Assembly (NCBI RefSeq): GCF_032444005.1
Contig: NC_091287.1
Coordinates: 483,600,001-483,664,000, forward strand
Reading direction: 5' to 3'
DNA length: 64,000 bases
DNA from: Ranitomeya imitator
Lineage: Eukaryota
This document shows positions 1 through 14,274 of the stretch, in pieces. Each line of letters opens with the position of its first letter. The first letter of the stretch is position 1. A model generated the notes under the pieces. That model made no database searches and was not told where the DNA came from. It saw nothing but the letters and a program-made list of their open reading frames with translations. Made by a program: the position numbers and the translations under genes.

Positions 1-3000
1 TTATCCCAGCACGTTTGCTCATCACTAGTTTTAAGCACACTGCTATTTTGCACATAACTATGGTGGGTACCCCCATTACCGACCTGCAGCATCTAATAGG
101 ACATGATACAAGTCTAACATGTAAAACATGTGATGCATGGCGGTGTGGTATAATCCCGTTGATCTCTATGGGCATTCTACAGCATAAAGGATCCCTTAGT
201 AAGAGTTAATACTTTGGGGTTTCTTAGAAGCCATAACATTCAGGATGTCAGGCTTTGTGCTCTTGTAGCTCCAGTCGGACATGAAATAAGATATGCAGGA
301 TGAATACATCTGCTGCATTATTCCTCCCCACCACTGGACCCCGAGAGGAAGCTTATCCGCCATGTGACACCCCCAAGGGAGAACATAAACTTGAGCACTA
401 TCCACAGGGCTCATTAGATAAATTCTTGTGATCACTGTGCCGGGATCTAATCTGTACATTCATAGCAAAATGGATTCGCATAAGCCGGGGTAGACCGTCC
501 TGTCCAGTCAGCTGCTTCTGCATGGCCGAGACGTTCAGCCACAATATCAAGTCAGCGACGAGGAGCAATCGACGAGAACCCCGGGCAGGAATTGATTGAA
601 GCACAATTACTTATGGTCTTTGCTTTGCAATTTTCACAGCGATAAACAAGGCGTTTAGCCAAAAAGTGACAGTGCGCTCTCCCCATATCGGTTAAATTGG
701 CCAAATACTGATCTACCGTGTAAATGTAGGGTCTGCAGTCAGTGGTGTAAGACGGGTTATCATTCTGTAGTGTTAGGAGACAAGGATTTATCAGCAGCAG
801 GGACTCCGCCATATAAAGATGTTACAGGGAAGCTCTAAAAAGAGCCGAAACTAATGAAATAAAGGGAATGGCTCAATGCAAAATTACCTGTTGGAGAAAC
901 TAGTACTAGGATTTTGTTGCTGACGTATATTATTTATTTTAATATATTTACGGTAATACCCATATCGTATTCATGAATAAGCTAGCCCTAAGTCAGCAAA
1001 TAGACAAGGCTAGGAGCGTTCAGGGGTATTTGTGTATGTGAAATGCTTTCCGATTAGCCCTCTAGGAGGCCAGTGATTGGCTGCAGTGGTTACATGCCAT
1101 TGCCGTCACCTAGTAACATATCATTATATCATGTGACATTAAGGCCATGTTCACAAATGCAAACTTTTTGCAGCTTTTTTTTGGTAAAACAAAAACTAAA
1201 CTATTAAGCCAAAAAAAAAAAATCCAGACCCCAGAAAATCCTGCAAAGAAGAGAAACAAAACCATCAGAAATCAATGCAAAATGTGCATTTTGAATGCAG
1301 AAGTTTTACTGCCAAGAGAGGTTTTGCAAAAAAAAAAAAAAAAAAAAGCAGCAAAAACGTGAACTTAAACTCCACAAAATATCCTACAATCTGCTTCCAG
1401 TGTAGACGATGCGCTCCTTATGTGGCTGCTGATCTTTCCAAAGCTTCCATAAGTGAGGAGCAAACCATGCGGATTAGCTTCATTGAAGGAGACACTGGTT
1501 CCACAGCTAACAATGAAAGGAAAGGTGCAGACGGCCGCGTAGTCTCTCATCCCAGAGAGTCGGGTCTATTATGAAAATCACACACTGATCACAGTGCGCT
1601 CCAATTATCTCATAGGTGAAGATGGAGAAACAAATTTCTCCATCTCCTCTATTCTGCTCGCAGCTGGTAGAGTGCAGTCCCATGGGTTCCATGGACTCAT
1701 TGATTTACATGGCGGACTACAATCTGAATATCAGATCAGACTCTGGCATGTGCAAAGCCCCATAAAATAACATTGGTCCGAGTTTGATCCCACTTTTGTT
1801 GGATCGCACTTGAACCGAAAATACGGCCATATGGACGAGCCTTAATGTTGAGCTGGCAGTGTCCCTGGAAGGATGACTACTTTACCTTATGCCACCCCAC
1901 ACCATAATCCCGGGATGAACACTGCTGCGACGTTCTCCCTTGTGAAGACTTCTACATGGTCTTATACGCATGATTTAGAGGCCAATATCTTGCATCCAAC
2001 ACTAGAGAGACTCATCGCTAAGAGGATAGATCTCCATTGCAGTCTTGCTCTGCACCATGAGTAGTGGCATGAGGCCAGGGAACACCACCACATCTGGCTC
2101 GCAGCTCAATGATGGGCAGAGATGTTCCGCTGGTTTGTGTAGACACTGTTCAGGCTTGGTATGTGACATTAATATTGCTTCCAGTACAGAAGGGATCGAT
2201 TGTGGAACCAGTGGTACGGACATGTCAGCAGTGTCCCAGAAGCAGATTTTTTTCAACGCGACAATGACAAGCAGAACATAAGTTTCTCGTGCTACTGTGA
2301 GCAGCCTGCGTGGCCTAAACGTGCTACCATGGCCAGCGACATTAGACTTCTCATCCATCAAGCACATCATTGATAGGCAACAGCAAACAGCTGCCAGTAG
2401 CGGATCTTGATGATTTGCCCATGCGGAATCAGTGTAGTAGAACCTTCCTCAGACGACCATTAGTAACCTCAGTGATAGCAGCCAAGGCTGTAAGTGTTGG
2501 CATTTCTGCTCGCGGCTGTTTTGAAAATGTTGTTTCTGTTTCTTTCATTATATGCACATCATTAAAATGTCTATCCAGCCTGTGATTTCCATAATTTCAC
2601 ACAGATGGGATTTTGAAAAAAGTGAATAAAAAATAAATTGGGTACACATTGCTGAAATGTTCAGCATGTAAAATGATCCACGGTGCCGATTTTCAATTCG
2701 AAAGCAGGTCACTTCTTTCTCTGAGGATTCTGCGACGCAGATCCACATGTAGCAAATCTGGCTGCCGATTTGTCACAGTTTCAATGCAGAAAATTCAGAG
2801 CAAATCCACCTTGTGCGTCTGTATCTCAAATACTGTATATCCAATTTGTGCTCAACTGGATACTAAATCCCTTACATTATTTTATTGCAGCATCTGTTTT
2901 ACAATCCTGAACTTGTAGCAGCTGCGATTAATTCATAGAGACTGGCACGTGCGTTTCTATCAGTCTTCACAATGCCGTCCTATGAAGCGACAGTAGCCGG

Positions 3001-6000
3001 ACTGTGCCGTCCTTGTATCTAGTACAGTGCAGCACACAGAGGCCGCCCTGTTACCCTTCATGTAGGGATTGTGGAGGACATCACCCACATACGGGAACGT
3101 GGCTGCGCCACTGCCACAGTGAGATACATGTAGTTACAGCAGGGGATTTTGCTGAGCCGTCTCCATACTGGAAGATCTACAGCGATCATGCGAGTTACCC
3201 TATAGGTATGTTCACATCTTCAGGGTCTGCCTATGGCTGGGATCCAATGGTGAGGCTGCCGCATGCTTCCGTCAATCGTGACCGCCTGCAGCCATGAACG
3301 AGTGTATGACTTTGAAGGTACACTAAGGCCTTATTCAGACATCCATTTTTCATATACGAGTTCAAGCCATTTTTTTTTTTTAACCATTAAAATCTATGGA
3401 GCTGTCCACACATTGGTGTGTCCGCACAAAACCACAGAGATAAGTCATGTTTTTAATCCAAGTCAGGGATCAAAATCACCTATACAAGTCTATGGGACCG
3501 GCGACTAGGATTTTTATGCCATCTAGGCGCTGCCTGTACATATCGATAAGTCTGCAGTTACTGTGTGTGACTGGAGACTTATGAATCCCCCAGGACACAC
3601 ATACTGTACGCTGCGAAGAACCGCTGGTCTCAGACCCGGGACTGGAGGATATACAGTATCTGTGTTATACATACTCCTGGCCACAGCACATTTAGTGCTG
3701 AAGGCCCAAACAGGAAAGTTTCCAACTCGTGTGTCTTTATTTCAATTTATGACCACATCAAAGTTGAACGTGCAGGGAAATATATGAAAAACGAAACGGT
3801 GCGAAATTTGTAATCAAACTGCAAATATGATATGATTTTTAACCACAAATACATGCATATTTATATTAAAAGAAATTAAAAAAAAATTGTAGCCAGAGGT
3901 GGACATCCCCCTTTAACACAGAAGCTGCAATTAACTCCTCGTCAGATCCTAAACATGTGAACAGGACTCCTATAAATTATATCCCTCTGTAAAACACAAC
4001 TGATTAAGTCTCAAAGCACCCCCACAAAATACAGCCAGGCGCTCAAAGGGGTCAAGGAAATGAAGCTGCATTGACAACGGCCGAGGATGTTCCTCACACT
4101 TGAGAGCTGATAGCCGGACATTTTGAGATTGGGACATCCAAACATGGCCTAAGTGTATGGGCACAAAGAAACAGAGGAAACTCTCAAAATCCTCCTCAAA
4201 AACTCAGATTTTCTGCTCAGTGGCTATGTGCTCATAATATCTTTAATCCATAGGCGGAGACGCCGCAGTTGCCTCACAAAGCCGATTCAGGAAAAAGATG
4301 GCCACTTTTTTCCTGAAGCAGATCTGCCAGCTTGTTTTTTGTCTTTTGCCTAGACCTTCTACCTTACAGACCGGGTGAATTCCAAACGAAGTCGCCCAAA
4401 GACCAATAGTTTCTGTCATTTTCACATTGCCTTTGCTTCAGTTTCTCATGGTGTGAGATGTAAGAATACAGCTCTGATCTCCAGGTCTAACCTCCTGTAT
4501 GATTAGAAAGTGCAGGAGTAAAGCACAGAGGTCTCACACCTTTCAGCTAAAGTCAACATACTGTATGTGCAAAGTAGAGAAGAGTGAACCACAATAGACA
4601 CCTTTCCGTTACTAATCCGAGGGCTTGATGTCACCGGACAGTACAAAGGTGACTTCAACCCCACAAATATGAACCCTACTTGCCACCGTCACAGGGCAAG
4701 TGGGAAGAGCCAGGCAAAGCGCCAGAATTGGCCCATCTAATAGATGCACCTTTTCTGGGCAGCTGCGGGCTGCTATTTTTTGGCTGGGGGAGGGGGGTCC
4801 AATATCAATGGTCCCTTACCAGCCTGAGAATACCAGCCCGAAGCTGTCTGCTTTAGCAAAGCTGCCTATCAAAAATAAGGGGACCCAAAGACATTTTTTT
4901 ATAATTATTTACAGCGCAGGTGCTGGCTGATGGATAATCTCATCAGCCGCTCCTGTTCTCGCTGTTATTAGCGGCAACAGGTGTCGCCTGGTGGGAGAAG
5001 TAACAGACACTTATGACTAGAGGTAAACTTTCTACTTCTGATCACAGCTTGCTGGCTTACGCAGTCTTGACAGCGTGGGAAGCGCGGCTGTCTGACCGGC
5101 GGTAATGATTTTACCACCAATCAGAAGCATTGTTTGCCACGCTGTTTTTGCACATGACAGCGTGGCAAACACTGGATATTCGGGTCCCCATTCAAGTGAA
5201 TGGGGTCCGGGTACTGTTCTATTACCTGAACTTTTTGTAACCGTTTGTCCGAACCCATCAAACCCGAACATCCAGGTGTCCGTCCATCTCTAGATCAGAG
5301 CAATTACAAGTTGCTTTGAGCACAAACAGACATAAGTATGATTCCTCTCTGCACAGGCAGAGGCAGTGTTGGGGGAGGGGTAATACAGCAGAGCAGTCAG
5401 CGCTATAAAAAGGAGAGCTGATATAAGCGTTTGTAATGTGACACAGCTAAACTCAGCTCCGCTGTCTATCCCCCCACAGGGACCTTATCTGAAAGGTGTT
5501 GATGATTTGCTCTATTCTCCCAGCACTTTTTCATTACGCAGGAGCTTAGAACTGTATGTCATTCATCTCACTGAAAAACCTAGCTGTTGGGGGGGGGGGG
5601 GGATTTATTTCTGCTGTTGCTGCCTGCTTATGATTGGGCAACTCATTACAGGGAGAATCCACGCCCCCAGTGAAAACTGTCTGATAGTGTCCCTTTAAGA
5701 GCAGGTGGGTGCTGTCAGCACAGAAAGACTGTTCTAACCAAGTTCCAACACACTTTGCTTCATGGCAAGGCCAATAAATTATCACCTTCCCACCTGCTTG
5801 GTTTTCCTTAATCTCCACCCTCCTCCTCTTTGATTTACAGCTCTGGCTTCATAGAGTCAGAGAAGGGTGGATATAGATGGAAAACAAACAGGTAGGAAGG
5901 TGTATATAAATGATGCACCGAGCGCCTGTACTTGGTTTGAACAGTCATTCTGTGCTGACAGAGTCCCATTAACAAAAGGTTAACTCATTAGGCCACTGCA

Positions 6001-6349
6001 GCCACTATTACATCCTGTGTCCAGTTCAACATGAAAACTTTGGAGAAAGGTCCTCTTTAAAATAGCTATGTGAAAAGCAATGCACATGCTGCTAGAAAAA
6101 TACCAATCGGATGGACATAATAGAATTTTCATTTACAGAAACGTCTGAAACAAGTTCTCCAAGCAGGAATATGCACTATTAGTATGTCTCCACGTAGCAA
6201 AACAAATTGAATTTTCTGGATTGAAAACCAGCTGCATTTTACAGAAGTAATGCTTGGTATGAGATTTAAAAAAAGTCTTATGCATGCATTGAGAAAAAAA
6301 ATAAAAATCTGCACCATAAACTAACCAGAACCCTGGATTTGCTCAATGC

Positions 6350-6960
6350 AGGATTCACCAAACCATCTCAGACAGATGTCTGTCCAACCTCTGTTTTAAG
6401 ACTTCCATTGAAGGAGAACTCGCCACCTCTCGTGTCAGCCTGTTCCACTCATTGATCACCCTCACTGTCCAAAAGTTTTTTCTAATATCTAATCTGTATC
6501 TTCTCCCTTTCAGTTTCATCCCATTGCTTCTAGTGTTTCTTTGTGCAAATGAGAATAATTATGATCCTCTACACTGTGACAGCCCTTCAGATATTTGTAG
6601 GCAGCTACCAAATTCCCAAATCCTCTTACCATTCTGGTCGCTCTTCTCTGAACTTGCTCCAGTATGTTGATGTCTTTTTTTAAAATGTGGTGCCCAGATC
6701 TAGACACAGTATTCCAGATGAGGTCTGACCAAGGAGGAGTAGAGGGCAATAATTACTTCATGTGATCTAGACTCTATGCTTCTGTTAATACATCCTAGAA
6801 TTGCAATTGCCTTTTTAAGCTGCTGCATCACACTGTTGACTCATGTGCAGTCTGTCATCTATTAGTACACTCAAGTCTTTTCCACACGTGCTGTTGCTTA
6901 GTTCTATCCCTCCCATTCTCTATATGCTTTTTTCATTTTTCTTGCCCAGATGTAGGACTT
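6350..6960 (-). mobile_element. Degenerate CR1 LINE 3' fragment
   Basis: ILKKDINILEQVQRRATRMVRG motif with frameshifts and stops. Confidence 0.8.
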
Positions 6961-7104
6961 TGGTTTTTGACATAGAGAAATTCATTCTGTTAGGCCTGTC
7001 CCACACGTCCAGATAATTCCGGTACTGGAAAAATTGGTACCGGAATTATCCGTGTCCGTGTGCTCACGTGGCACATCAGTGTGGCACACATGCGGCATCC
7101 AGGT

Positions 7105-8230
7105 AATTTTTACTGTAGCCGTGACATAGTCATATGGACTGCTGTATTTCCTCCCTTTTATTATTTTCAGTTTTGATATTGCTCCTTATACATTTATGGG
7201 TTGGTCCATTGGTTGTATATTATGGTTTCCGCTGTAGTCACCTCTAGTGTAGCGGAGCTGAATCACATTTATAGCGCTGTATCACATTTTTAGCGGTTGT
7301 GCTGCTAAACATCTCCGTGGTTAATCCTCTATACTCACCTTAGAAGCATACTTCGATGTACGGCATTCGGCGCGTGCGTGATATACGGGTGCTATTTATA
7401 TGGTGGGGATTTATTGCGCATGCGCAATGCCTGTTACATTTTGGCATTAAGTGCGCACGCGCTATGGCCTGTTATAGTATTTACGGGGATTTCCGCGCAC
7501 ATATATTGGTGCGTGCGGTAACTTCCCACGCATGCGCAACGCCAGCTGCATTTTAACTGGGGTGATCAGACTGTCACTATGTATATATGCACCTTTATGT
7601 TCGCGGGGACTTTTCCGCGCACGCGCGATGTGCACTGGTAGCAGGGCTAAAGCGGAAGTGACTGCACCAAGGACCCACCTATTGCTCATGTTTTCTCCAA
7701 TGAGAATAGCTCCCTTGCGTATATAAACCGGCTATCCCCCTGCCTAGACACGCCTCCTGAAGAAGCCGTCAGTGAAACGCGCGTTGGGGCAGAGGGACGC
7801 CGAGGAGAGACTACACTGCATACTGCGGGTAACTAGCATCTTTTTATGCCGATATCGGCACTTATCACTTTAGTCATAGGGGCTTCTCCCCTTAGAGTAC
7901 CATATGTGTCACTTGTACAATATAGGATGGTCTAAAAACTTAGACAGGAACACATGATACTACATATGGTCCATACTAGACTATGACCTTTTTCTATTAG
8001 TGAGGTATTTTGCCTCTCTTTACTTTACAGCACCGCAGCATCATAGTATTTAGTGGTTCTCCTATGGATATGTCCCTCTTTTTAATGGTCTTTGTACCCT
8101 TTTTTTGTGAATTTTTGTGATTTTGTGTTTATATATATTTTTTGTCAATTGATGTCTATGTATGTTTTATTTCTGTATAATAAACTATATTTTATTAGAA
8201 AGTACCTTTTGTTTTGGGATTGCTGTGTAG
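7105..8230 (+). mobile_element. Penelope-like (pLTR) remnant with a minimal hammerhead-like motif
   Basis: TATAAA, then CTGAAGA...GAAACGCGCGTTGGGG at 7757-7789, then a T-rich tail with AATAAA; layout typical of PLE pseudo-LTRs; boundaries approximate. Confidence 0.5.
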
Positions 8231-9591
8231 TATTATCACCAAAACTATGTGATTTATGCATATCCAAACAGTGTGGCTGTTCCCTAAAGCTATGTTCACA
8301 CGTTGCGTTTTTGCAGGTTTTTCCCTCAGCAGCCAGGACCTGCTCTCTTGGCAGTAAAAACGCTGCGCTCAAAGCTCCTCTTTTCAAAATGTTTGTGTTT
8401 TGTTTCTTGGTGCGGATTACTTGGGCAATAGATCTACAGTACGTTTAATAAAGTTAGTTTTATTCACCAAAAATGATGCAACAAACGCAACCAAGCGTTT
8501 TTGCACTCATTTTTATACAGATGGAAAAAAAAAACCGCTGAAAGTAGTGACACGCTGCAGATTTAAAAAATGCTGCAGTTTTCCAATACATTCAGGAAAA
8601 GAAAAAAAAAGCCGAAAACAAGTGTGTGCCTAAGATTTCTGAAATCTCAATGATATTGCTGGTACTGTAAAATGCAACTTTTAATTTGCATAAAAAAGCA
8701 GCAAAAAACTGCAACGTGCGGACACAGCCAATGCCTTATTCACATGCATGTTGTCATGTACATGTTCTAGCCACATTTTTCACAGACAGAACAAGAACCC
8801 ATTATAGTCGATGGTGCTGTTTGAGTGATATGACCATTCTTGATCCAAATCACGGATCAAAATCACCCACACTAGTCTATGGGCCAGTGAAAACAACAAC
8901 ACGAGTGCCTTCGTGTGCTGTCCGTTTCCAAAATTGCAATGGGTAGGAGAAGCTGTGTCATTACGAGAAGAATAATAATGGTAAAAATGGACTTACCGAC
9001 AAAAACCACAAAGAAAAAATAACTTATGTATGAAAAATACAAAAAACGGGTGTGTAAATGTTATTAGTGTTCACATGGATTTTGAAAAGTATGCACTAAA
9101 AAAAAAAAAAATCCATATCAAGAACCTTTTCAAATACTATTCGGGCATATATAGGATTTTTCTGCTTGAAATATCCACATTAAAAAAAAAAAAAAAATCT
9201 TTTATAACTTGTTTTTTTCTTTTTACATTTTTGTGTTTGAGACTTTTTTTTTCTGCTTTTACTTATTGAGCGGTCAAATTTGGAGCATTTTTTTCCCCAA
9301 GCAGAAACAATTCAATAATCGACACATGGGAGCAGACAGCGCCAAGTGATTTATAGGCGGGTTTGAACGCTGAAACGAATAGGAAGATTATTGAAATAGT
9401 ATTTGATGAATTTACTTGGCTTTGTGCACACGGAGACTTTTTCAGGTGGATTTTGTGAGGGATCAACCTAAAAAAAAAAAAAAAGTGCCATAAAACGAAC
9501 ATAGTGCACAGTAATGTCAAACGCCAATACAGTTCTCATGCTCCGTCTTATGTCACTTCTGTCAGGCCGTGGAAACCTAAAGAGCTTATAA

Positions 9592-9895
9592 GGCTATGTG
9601 CACACGATGCGGATTTGCTGCGGATCCTTCCGCGCAGAAACGCTGCAGATCCGCACTGCGATGTACAGTACAATGTTATTCAATGGTAAAAAAAAAGAAA
9701 AAAGGATGTGCAGATGGTGCGGAAAAATCAGTGCGGAATTGGATCTACAGCGTTTCTGTACCCCTCCATGTTAAATATCCGCAGTGGCAAAAACCACAAA
9801 AAATCCGCATAAAATCCACGGCTGCGGATTCTGCCAGGAGATGCGGATTTTGTGCAGAAAATTCTGCACCTCTTTTCTCACGTGTGCACATAGCC
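9592..9895. mobile_element. Harbinger/Tourist-type MITE
   Basis: TIR GGCTATGTGCACACG...CGTGTGCACATAGCC, TWA flanks; a partial relative ends near 12250. Confidence 0.75.
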
Positions 9896-11024
9896 TTAAG
9901 AAGTGACGTGTTCACTCTCCGTGTGCTTCTGCCCGGAAGCCGCCGTACAGCAAGAATGATGGCAAAGCTGCCCGCAAACTGGCATCAGGAAAATGACCGC
10001 CTGGAAAAATTTGGCATCCGGGTCAGCATCGCTGTGTGTACAGACCCTCTATGTGGAGTTTGGAGAAGAATCTGACCCAAAAATCCACATCACAAAACTG
10101 CTATATTGATATGAATTTAGCCCCAGTGATGGGATATAGGACAGGGGGCTCACAACACATGAGGGGCGTCATATGAGACCCCTAATTACAGTTACTCATA
10201 TTTTCACATTATTTAATAGTCCAAAATCTTTTATATATATGTTGCACTGTGGAAAATACGTCATCCCAAAATGTCCCGAAGACACACACAAAAAAAAGTG
10301 TACAGATATATACGCAATTTGATGAATGTGTCAAGACGCTCTACCCCGTGCCCCCCATATAAACAGCGAGACAAAAGAAGGACGACCCCATGTGTCCACA
10401 AGGACTGCGTGAGAAAAGTTACAAGCTCCCATGTGCTCCTTTGTCTCAGCCATATTTATATAATACTATACAAGGTAAGGTCAGTAACAAAAACACACAA
10501 AACTGAAAACTGGTCCATATTTCAGCATATACTTATAATGTTGAGGGTTTCGTCTGTATCAATATCCTATGATCAGCGCAGAATGGAGTCTTACATGATT
10601 AGGACGAGTAATTATTGGCGTATTACCGGTGCGATATTGGGACTGGTGCCTGGCGGGGTAAAGCTCGTTACAGGGATTAATCTCCTGCAGATTTAGTTAC
10701 CACCTGGACAACTGGTAACACACGTGTAGCAAGAAGCAGACACATTGTATACCAGGATTAAAGGGCATCTCCATGAGACGTAGGCATGGTGGCGGTATAG
10801 GGGGGCAGCGCTGTATGGGACCCAGTGCACGTCTTGGGGTGTACTTATATCCCAGACAAACAAAGCATCAGAGATGTGATAGCCTGGACCTCTGCAGTGA
10901 GGGTCCTGAGCTGTAGGATCCTTCAGCCACTCCGCCAGCACCACCTCCCCCCTGTGAGTGGGAATTGGAGGACACATGGACACAGACAGACTGACTGCAT
11001 TGTATGGAGGAAGCCTGGCCTTAC

Positions 11025-11127
11025 CCCGCAGGTTGCTCTCCTGGCTGTATGGAGGTGCTGTAGGGGTGACATTGCCAGAATGTGGAGAGATCAGGGGAGA
11101 GCGTTCATCAATGCCATCAGCAGCCAT
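11025..11127 (-). CDS. PIP4P2: Exon 1 (coding) of phosphatidylinositol-4,5-bisphosphate 4-phosphatase 2 (TMEM55A); remaining exons not found in the window, presumably to the left
   Basis: Translates MAADGIDERSPLISPHSGNVTPTAPPYSQESNLR, matching the TMEM55A N-terminus as I recall it (MAADGVDERSPLLS...SGNVTPTAPPY); phase-1 donor G|GTAAG at 11025/11024; head-to-head with OTUD6B as in human. Confidence 0.93.
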
Positions 11128-13629
11128 GACTGCAGCAGCTGCAGCTCCAGCAGAGGGGAGGGGAGAGGCTGATTCTCATGATGTGCATGTCACAGGGCTG
11201 GCAATCACAGGGAAGGAGGGGAGGAGACAGCCTCCCACCCATCCACAGGCTGGGCAATGGCACGAATAGGGCATTTCACCAGGTTTATTAAATGTGCAGT
11301 CGTTGTAAGCAGATTGTAGAATGTTTGATTCATTCTGTAACATTTTTAAAACACATATGCCATTTCACAAGTTCCCCCAAATTCTGCACCTGGATAACTC
11401 ATTGTTTTCAAAGAAAATAACACTGGATAAAAAAAAACCACAAACCAAACATGGGAAAAATGATCGAAAGTGGAGCATCATGCGCAAGACTGGAATCTAC
11501 AGCTTGTGTCAAATTTTGCACGACTTTTAAAAAGTTTGCTGCAGGTTTCTTTTCGCTATTTTTGCTCCTGAAAATGACCTCTAAGCCCACATTTGCACAA
11601 ATACCAATGTTTTGACTTTTTGACATCAGAAAACTAATGCAATAAAACACACTACACAAAAAAGGGGCAGGATAGGACAGAGGGACACGTCTTCTGATCA
11701 TGCCTTGCTTCGCCCTCTGAAGCTTGGAGATGTCTCGCCCTGCCCTATACTGCGCCACCTCTGGATTCCCAAGACAATTCTAAAGCCACCGATGCGAAGG
11801 GCATGCTTCTCAGGCAGAGTCCGCCCAGAATCTGTATAATTGGTATTTGGGGACAAGCACCGTTACAGCTAAACCACTACTTCCATATGTAAAGGTTCCT
11901 AGAAATCCAGTATGTGCACACGTTGCGGATTCCATTGCGGCTTTTTCCGCTGAATCCGCAGGTAAAATGAGCTGCATTTTACCTGCAGATTCCCTGCGGG
12001 TTTTCTGCGGTTTTTGTGCGGATTTCGCCTGCGTTTTTACACCTGCGGATTCTTATTAAGAAACAGGTGTAAAACGCTGCAGAATCCACACAAAGAATTG
12101 ACATGCTGAAGAAAATAATCCACAACGTTTCCGCGTGGAATTTTCCACAGCATGGGCACAGCGGATTTCCATAGGTTTACATGGTACTGTACACCGCATA
12201 GAAAACTGCTGCGGATCCGTAGCCAAATCCGCACCGTGTGCACATAGCCTTACACGTGTCGTGAATAGACTGTGGGATGGGGAATTTTATAATGGAACCT
12301 ACTGGCGAAGATTCCTCCATCATTATAAAGGATTCCTTCTTGTCACTGCTATGCTAACATCATAGTTGTGCAATGAGGATACAGAAGTGATAACCCATAA
12401 GTCTCATACATTTATTTTCCACCTAGTTTTATTTTTGACGGATTCATTCTGGAGCACATATAATAAATCCAAACAACTGTTTTTTATTCGTGGGGGGGTG
12501 GATGGAAATTCCTTCCCTATGTTTTTTTTATTAAGTACACCATGTGGTATGAATGACATGCTAGCTCTATTCCATGGGCTTATCTAGTAACAGTGATATA
12601 AAATGTATATATGCTATATTAACAAGAACATCGGAACCTTAAGGCCGTGTTCCCACATGCAGAAACTAAGTTTTTTTCCACTGCGTTTATTCTGCAGATG
12701 TTTACACCAAAATACATGGGAGCAATCGGCAATAATTTTTGGGTTCCCAATGCTTTTTTTTTTTGCTGTGTATTTTTTTCAGGCACTTCATACAAACTTA
12801 TTTGGAAAAAATGCAACAAAAATGTCTTTAAAAGCTACAGGGTTATGCGTTTTCACGAAACCACATCCAGTTTTGTTGAATTGTTATACAGGGCGGATTT
12901 TCTGCAGAAGAAAATGCAGTAAAAAAAACCTCAGTGTTTCCGCCATGTGGGAACTTCACCTGAATCATTCAATTCAGGCTTTTCATCAAGTCCCATTGCC
13001 CCCGATGTAGAACGTCCGGCCCCTCGCCAATGTCCTCTGCCTTTACATTGTGGTAGAATGGATTTTCTAACATTCTCAGTGATACCAGCACATCCTGTAT
13101 TGGAAGCATCTGGTGGGACACCTCAGTCCATTACATATTTTTCCTCCACAGTATTATAAACAGTAAGTGTTGTTGTTGAAAAGTGGAATTGTTTATTAAG
13201 TACACAGCAACTCAGCCATAAAGGAACAGGCTACAGAAAGTTACAGAGCGGGTTACATAAAAGTCGCTGATTCAACAAATGCAGAATTCAAACTTTGTCT
13301 GATATTCAAAACTGTACTCCGGGAGCTTCACGGCATGGGTTTCTAAGGGTGAGCAGCTGCATACAAGACTTACATCACCAAGCACAATGCCAAGTGTCGG
13401 ACGTTGCGACACTTCAGCTAGACTGTGGATTGTGGAGGCATGAATTATGCTTCTCTATGTGGCATCTGATGGACAAATCGGGGTTTGTGCCAGCTGTACA
13501 GATTAGTGAAGAGGGATAATGCTATGGGGGTGTTTTGCAGAGGTTAGCTTCCACCCCTAAGTTATTAATTCTACAGCTAAACAAGATATTTTGGAAAATT
13601 GTAGCTTCCAACTTTGTGAGAACAATTTT

Positions 13630-14247
13630 AGTACACATGATGAGAGCATTATACTGCCTCTGTACAAATCCCTAGTTAGACCGCACATGGAGTACTGTGT
13701 CCAGTTTTGGGCACCGGTGCTCAGGAAGGATATAATGGAACTAGAGAGAGTACAAAGGAGGGCAACAAAATTAATAAAGGGGATGGGAGAACTACAATAC
13801 CCAGATAGATTAGCGAAATTAGGATTATTTAGTCTAGAAAAAAGACGACTGAGGGGCGATCTAATAACCATGTATAAGTATATAAGGGGACAATACAAAT
13901 ATCTCGCTGAGGATCTGTTTATACCAAGGAAGGTGACGGGCACAAGGGGGCATTCTTTGCGTGTGGAGGAGAGAAGGTTTTTCCACCAACATAGAAGAGG
14001 ATTCTTTACTGTTAGGGCAGTGAGAATCTGGAATTGCTTGCCTGAGGAGGTGGTGATGGCGAACTCAGTCGAGGGGTTCAAGAGAGGCCTGGATGTCTTC
14101 CTGGAGCAGAACAATATTGTATCATACAATTATTAGGTTCTGTAGAAGGACGTAGATCTGGGTATTTATTATGATGGAATATAGGCTGAACTGGATGGAC
14201 AAATGTCTTTTTTCGGCCTTACTAACTATGTTACTATGTTACTATGT
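13630..14247 (+). mobile_element. 5'-truncated CR1 LINE (RT C-terminus and 3' tail)
   Basis: [20 protein letters not shown]...ELERVQRRATKLI...RRLRGDLI; ends in a (TTACTATG)n tail at 14220-14247. Confidence 0.92.
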
Positions 14248-14274
14248 AGTAAGGCCCTTTTCTGATCCAATGAC

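Noticed and set aside
196-812. Short ORFs with Cys motifs (RCENCKAK) on the - strand
   Set aside because: Broken across frames with no family I can recognise; a tblastx search would be needed
1-11024. Search for PIP4P2 exon 2 (ELPPPYT...CRVCQ...HQHVVKC)
   Set aside because: No matching sequence found by eye; probably lies outside the window
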